From NCBI GenBank assembly GCA_017654855.1, contig CM030332.1, positions 7,130,001-7,194,000 on the forward strand: 64,000 nucleotides of DNA. Direction: 5' to 3'. The translations under genes and the position numbers were made by a program. Source of the stretch: Podospora anserina. Lineage: Eukaryota. Positions 60,958 to 64,000 of the stretch are shown here, piece by piece; the stretch's first letter is position 1, and each line of letters starts with the position of its first letter. The notes under the pieces were generated by a model. That model ran no database searches, was not told the DNA's origin, and saw only the letters and a program-made list of their open reading frames with translations.

Positions 60958-62909
60958 CCCCAAGTCTGGAGCATCTCGCTCCTTTTGAGAAGACCTTGAC
61001 GTAATGGGGTCTTGCAGAATTCCCGCCCCTGAGTAAGCTGGATATGGGCCGACGATATTCGAAGGGGCAAAAGTTGGTTGCCCAGTGGCTGTTGTTGGAG
61101 AGATGATGGAACGAAGGGGAGATTTTTTCGTCAAGCTTCGGGTACCATTCCCGCCATAGCGGGCAGTGTGTGCAGGAAGGTTAGATCATGGGGCATTTTG
61201 GTGAGCTGTTTTGAGGGGATTGTTTTGCGGCGTTCACGAGATACTAGACTGTAGAGGCTTCATGCCAGAAATTGTTAGCGCCTATTTCCACCAAGCTTCC
61301 AAGTTTTCTGAGTTGGATACATACAACTGAAGCATCGGTCCAGAGGCCCCCCAAATGACGATAAGAGTCGATCAAAGAACGTAGGCGAGGTCGATAGATT
61401 GGTCCTTGTGTGTTGGGCGAGATGCCGAGCCGCAAATACGTCGAGTGGTCAGGTCACTGAGTAACGAAGAGCTTGGTAGGAGCAGCTTGAGGTACGTAAA
61501 CATCATCAAGGAAAATGAACAGAGCAGGACATGGAGTGTGTGGGCATCGCTTGAATCCCCCAAAAGTGCAATCAATGCTCGCGACAAGCCAAGTGATCCT
61601 TCGCGGGCCGCACCGAGTGATCCCAGCTTAGCGTCTCGGCTGCTGACAACTCCCCCAACCCACAATCCGGGGGTCACTAACCCGATTTCACTGCCAACCC
61701 CAACCCAGTTGCATCTTCGCCCCGCTGTTATCGACATGAGATGCCCCGAGGACCGCACCAGTCAATGCTATTTCTGGTTATCAACTGTTTCCATTATCCT
61801 GCTGCGCAACTCGATGGATTCTCGGCATGGGGAATCATCGACCATCAACCGGCACTTGTTCCAATCTCCACCTCTTGCTGCCTGGTATCGCTGCAGTATC
61901 TCGTCTCGGGACAAGAGCAGGCGAACATGATCGCCGAGGGATACCTCAATCAAGTAAGCCGAAACCATGGAAAGGTGACTACTGAAACAACCCAAACGTC
62001 CCCAGATATCCCCAATGCAGCCTCTAGAAACAATTCGCCAAGGCAAAATCCCCGCACCGGACCGGTCAACGAGAATGCAGCATGAAGAAGCAAAATGGTG
62101 GAGGCAGTCCTCACACAGATCCACACCGGTGAGGATCTATTGCAGAAGAGCATCCAGCAAAGGTCTCATAAGCTTAGAGACCGTCCAATGATAACCCATC
62201 GGCTAACACTTGGATACCGTAGACATGCACCTCAATCCATTTTTGCCATGCATTTCGCCATCTCAGTTGTTCGCAAGCACGGCAAAAGCTTTGATGGAAC
62301 CCAACAATCAGTCCTCTCAAGTGCCACCTCCGAAAGGGCGACACGACAGCTGTCATGATGCCTCTCTGGTTGTAAAGGGCAGGTTTGAACGGTTCAGGAG
62401 CATATTCCCCGGCAGAATCCCTTCAAAGGCCTATCAAGTTCGATGCTCAGTTCCTCACGATCTCAGACTCCATGATATCTCGGAGAATCCTCTCCGAGAG
62501 ATGTGCTCTTGAAGAACATAAACCCAATATAACCAAGGAGAAACTTCTCCGGAAACTCAACTTTGTAGGAGATAAGTCTCCGGAAACTGTGATCGAGTCG
62601 ATGAATGACGATGGCCTCAGTAGGATGTACGAGGCATATTTCATGTCGTACGATCAGTTCTGCATCTTGATTCGTTGGCGGTCATCAACCAAGCCAGATG
62701 GAAAGGGTATGCAACTCGTTGTTGAGTTTCTGTGGTTGAGATCCTTGTGCACCCATCACGTTGTACTGACCAATCAGCAAGCGGCTGGTCGACATGATAG
62801 CACTGTGAGGCCATCCTGACAGTTTGTTTTTGATACCAGACTGACGGCAAAATGAAGGTACGTTTACGACAAAGCGAGCATACAATGACTTGCACACGAT
62901 AGCATCAAC

Positions 62910-62953
62910 ATCCCATCAAAATCCCATCAAAATCCCATCAATTTCCCATCATT
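62910..62953. repeat. 11-bp tandem repeat ATCCCATCAAA x4 (last copies degenerate)
   Basis: Read directly. Confidence 0.88.
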
Positions 62954-63051
62954 CTCACCCAATGAACTTCTCACATGCACCAACGTGAGACTGTCGCCTA
63001 CACATGTCGTCCCACAGTGCTCACCCAGCCCCAGCTCTCTGGCCGAGACAC

Positions 63052-63363
63052 TTGCGCAAAAATTGCTTCAGCATTTCTTGCGCGCGCAAAAATTCAGAGT
63101 TTGGGAAGTTTCGATTTTCTGCGCGCAAGAGTTGAAATTTTGCGCGCAGATTTAGGAGAGACAGGTCCGCAAGAATTGTGGCTCTTGCCATGAATTCTAC
63201 GATTGGAGAGAATACGCGAGTGCGAAAAAGACACAGACCAATAGCATCACCGCATCGCAACTGCTCCCTTGGCAGCCTGCACCCTGGGTGCATAAGTCAC
63301 CGCTGTGAAATGAAGATGTGGGGCACTGCGCAAGAATTCATGTTTTTGCGCGCAGAAATTCGA
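63052..63363. repeat. Cluster of about 7 quasi-palindromic TT(T/C)TGCGC(GC)A(A/G)AA(TT)-like motifs
   Basis: Copies at 63052, 63078, 63115, 63135, 63167 (partial), 63326 and 63343. Confidence 0.8.
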
Positions 63364-64000
63364 CATCTTTTTTTCTGAGGGAACGAGAGCGTCATTTCTC
63401 TACAATCATGATTTTGGGCGTGACCCTCACCACCTCCGGACCACGCTTCTTCTGGGTCTGGTCCGGAGCGGCACCTCTTCGCCGCGAGAAGGGGGTCGCA
63501 CCCCCTTACCGCCGTCTTCAGACTGCTGTCGTGAATCCCGATGTCACTGCTCCGCCGTTTTATATTCAAAAGGACCCCCCAAAAAATACCTCTAACTGAG
63601 GATCCTTCAAATGAATCGACTCTGGCTTTGTCACCGCGGATAACACCACAAGCTTCCTGGCCTGCGCGATGGTGACAGTAGGAATGAGTATGAATGCATG
63701 TCGATCTTCCGGGCCACCGCGGGTGTCGTCGTCGAACATCCGGAGCGCTGTTCATCTTCACCAAACACATCGCGGGCAGCATCTGGAGCATCCATGCGCT
63801 GCTATGACCGCGTATATGAAACGTTGCGTCCCTGTCGTCTGTGCCTCCGGGGAATGAGATATATCGCGTCCGGATCTTCCCTCAGGTATCATCACCGCCC
63901 GCGTATATGGACTGTTGCTTCCGCAACTCTCTCCGGAAGCCAGTTGATGCCTCCTCGACGTCTTCGCCCCCGGGGACAAATATTGACCTCCGGATCCAAC

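Noticed and set aside
62910-63363. Repeats considered as a CRISPR-like array
   Set aside because: Eukaryotic context, irregular spacing, short variable units and no cas genes

Overview
Gene-dense chromosomal DNA from a filamentous ascomycete (Sordariales-type: short GT..AG introns with CTRAC-like branch sites). The RID-family methyltransferase here is 752 aa with catalytic Cys403. That matches what I recall for Podospora anserina PaRid, so this is probably the mating-type-linked part of chromosome 1 of the P. anserina complex; this is from memory and needs a BLAST check. Spliced gene models, in order: malate synthase, fumarase, Gin4/Hsl1/Cdr2-type kinase, SMC5, an 81-aa putatively myristoylated amphipathic protein, RAD1/XPF, a 65-69-aa hydrophilic protein, WASP/Las17 (frame broken in poly-C runs), eIF1A, a hypothetical protein, CHS5, a CsgA-like SDR, an 818-aa hypothetical protein, SEN1 helicase, a DEMETER/EndoIII-like HhH-GPD DNA glycosylase, RID/Masc1 cytosine methyltransferase, an EAF-domain protein, a GH76 Dfg5/Dcw1-like enzyme and a small single-pass membrane protein. 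I recognised no tRNA, rRNA, CRISPR array or intact transposon. The best candidate for an undescribed system is the head-to-head pair of the RID methyltransferase and a DEMETER-like glycosylase/lyase that retains its catalytic residues, directly next to SEN1. The glycosylase carries a histone-H3-tail-like segment and a long acidic tail, and RID carries several SUMO-interacting-motif-like repeats.
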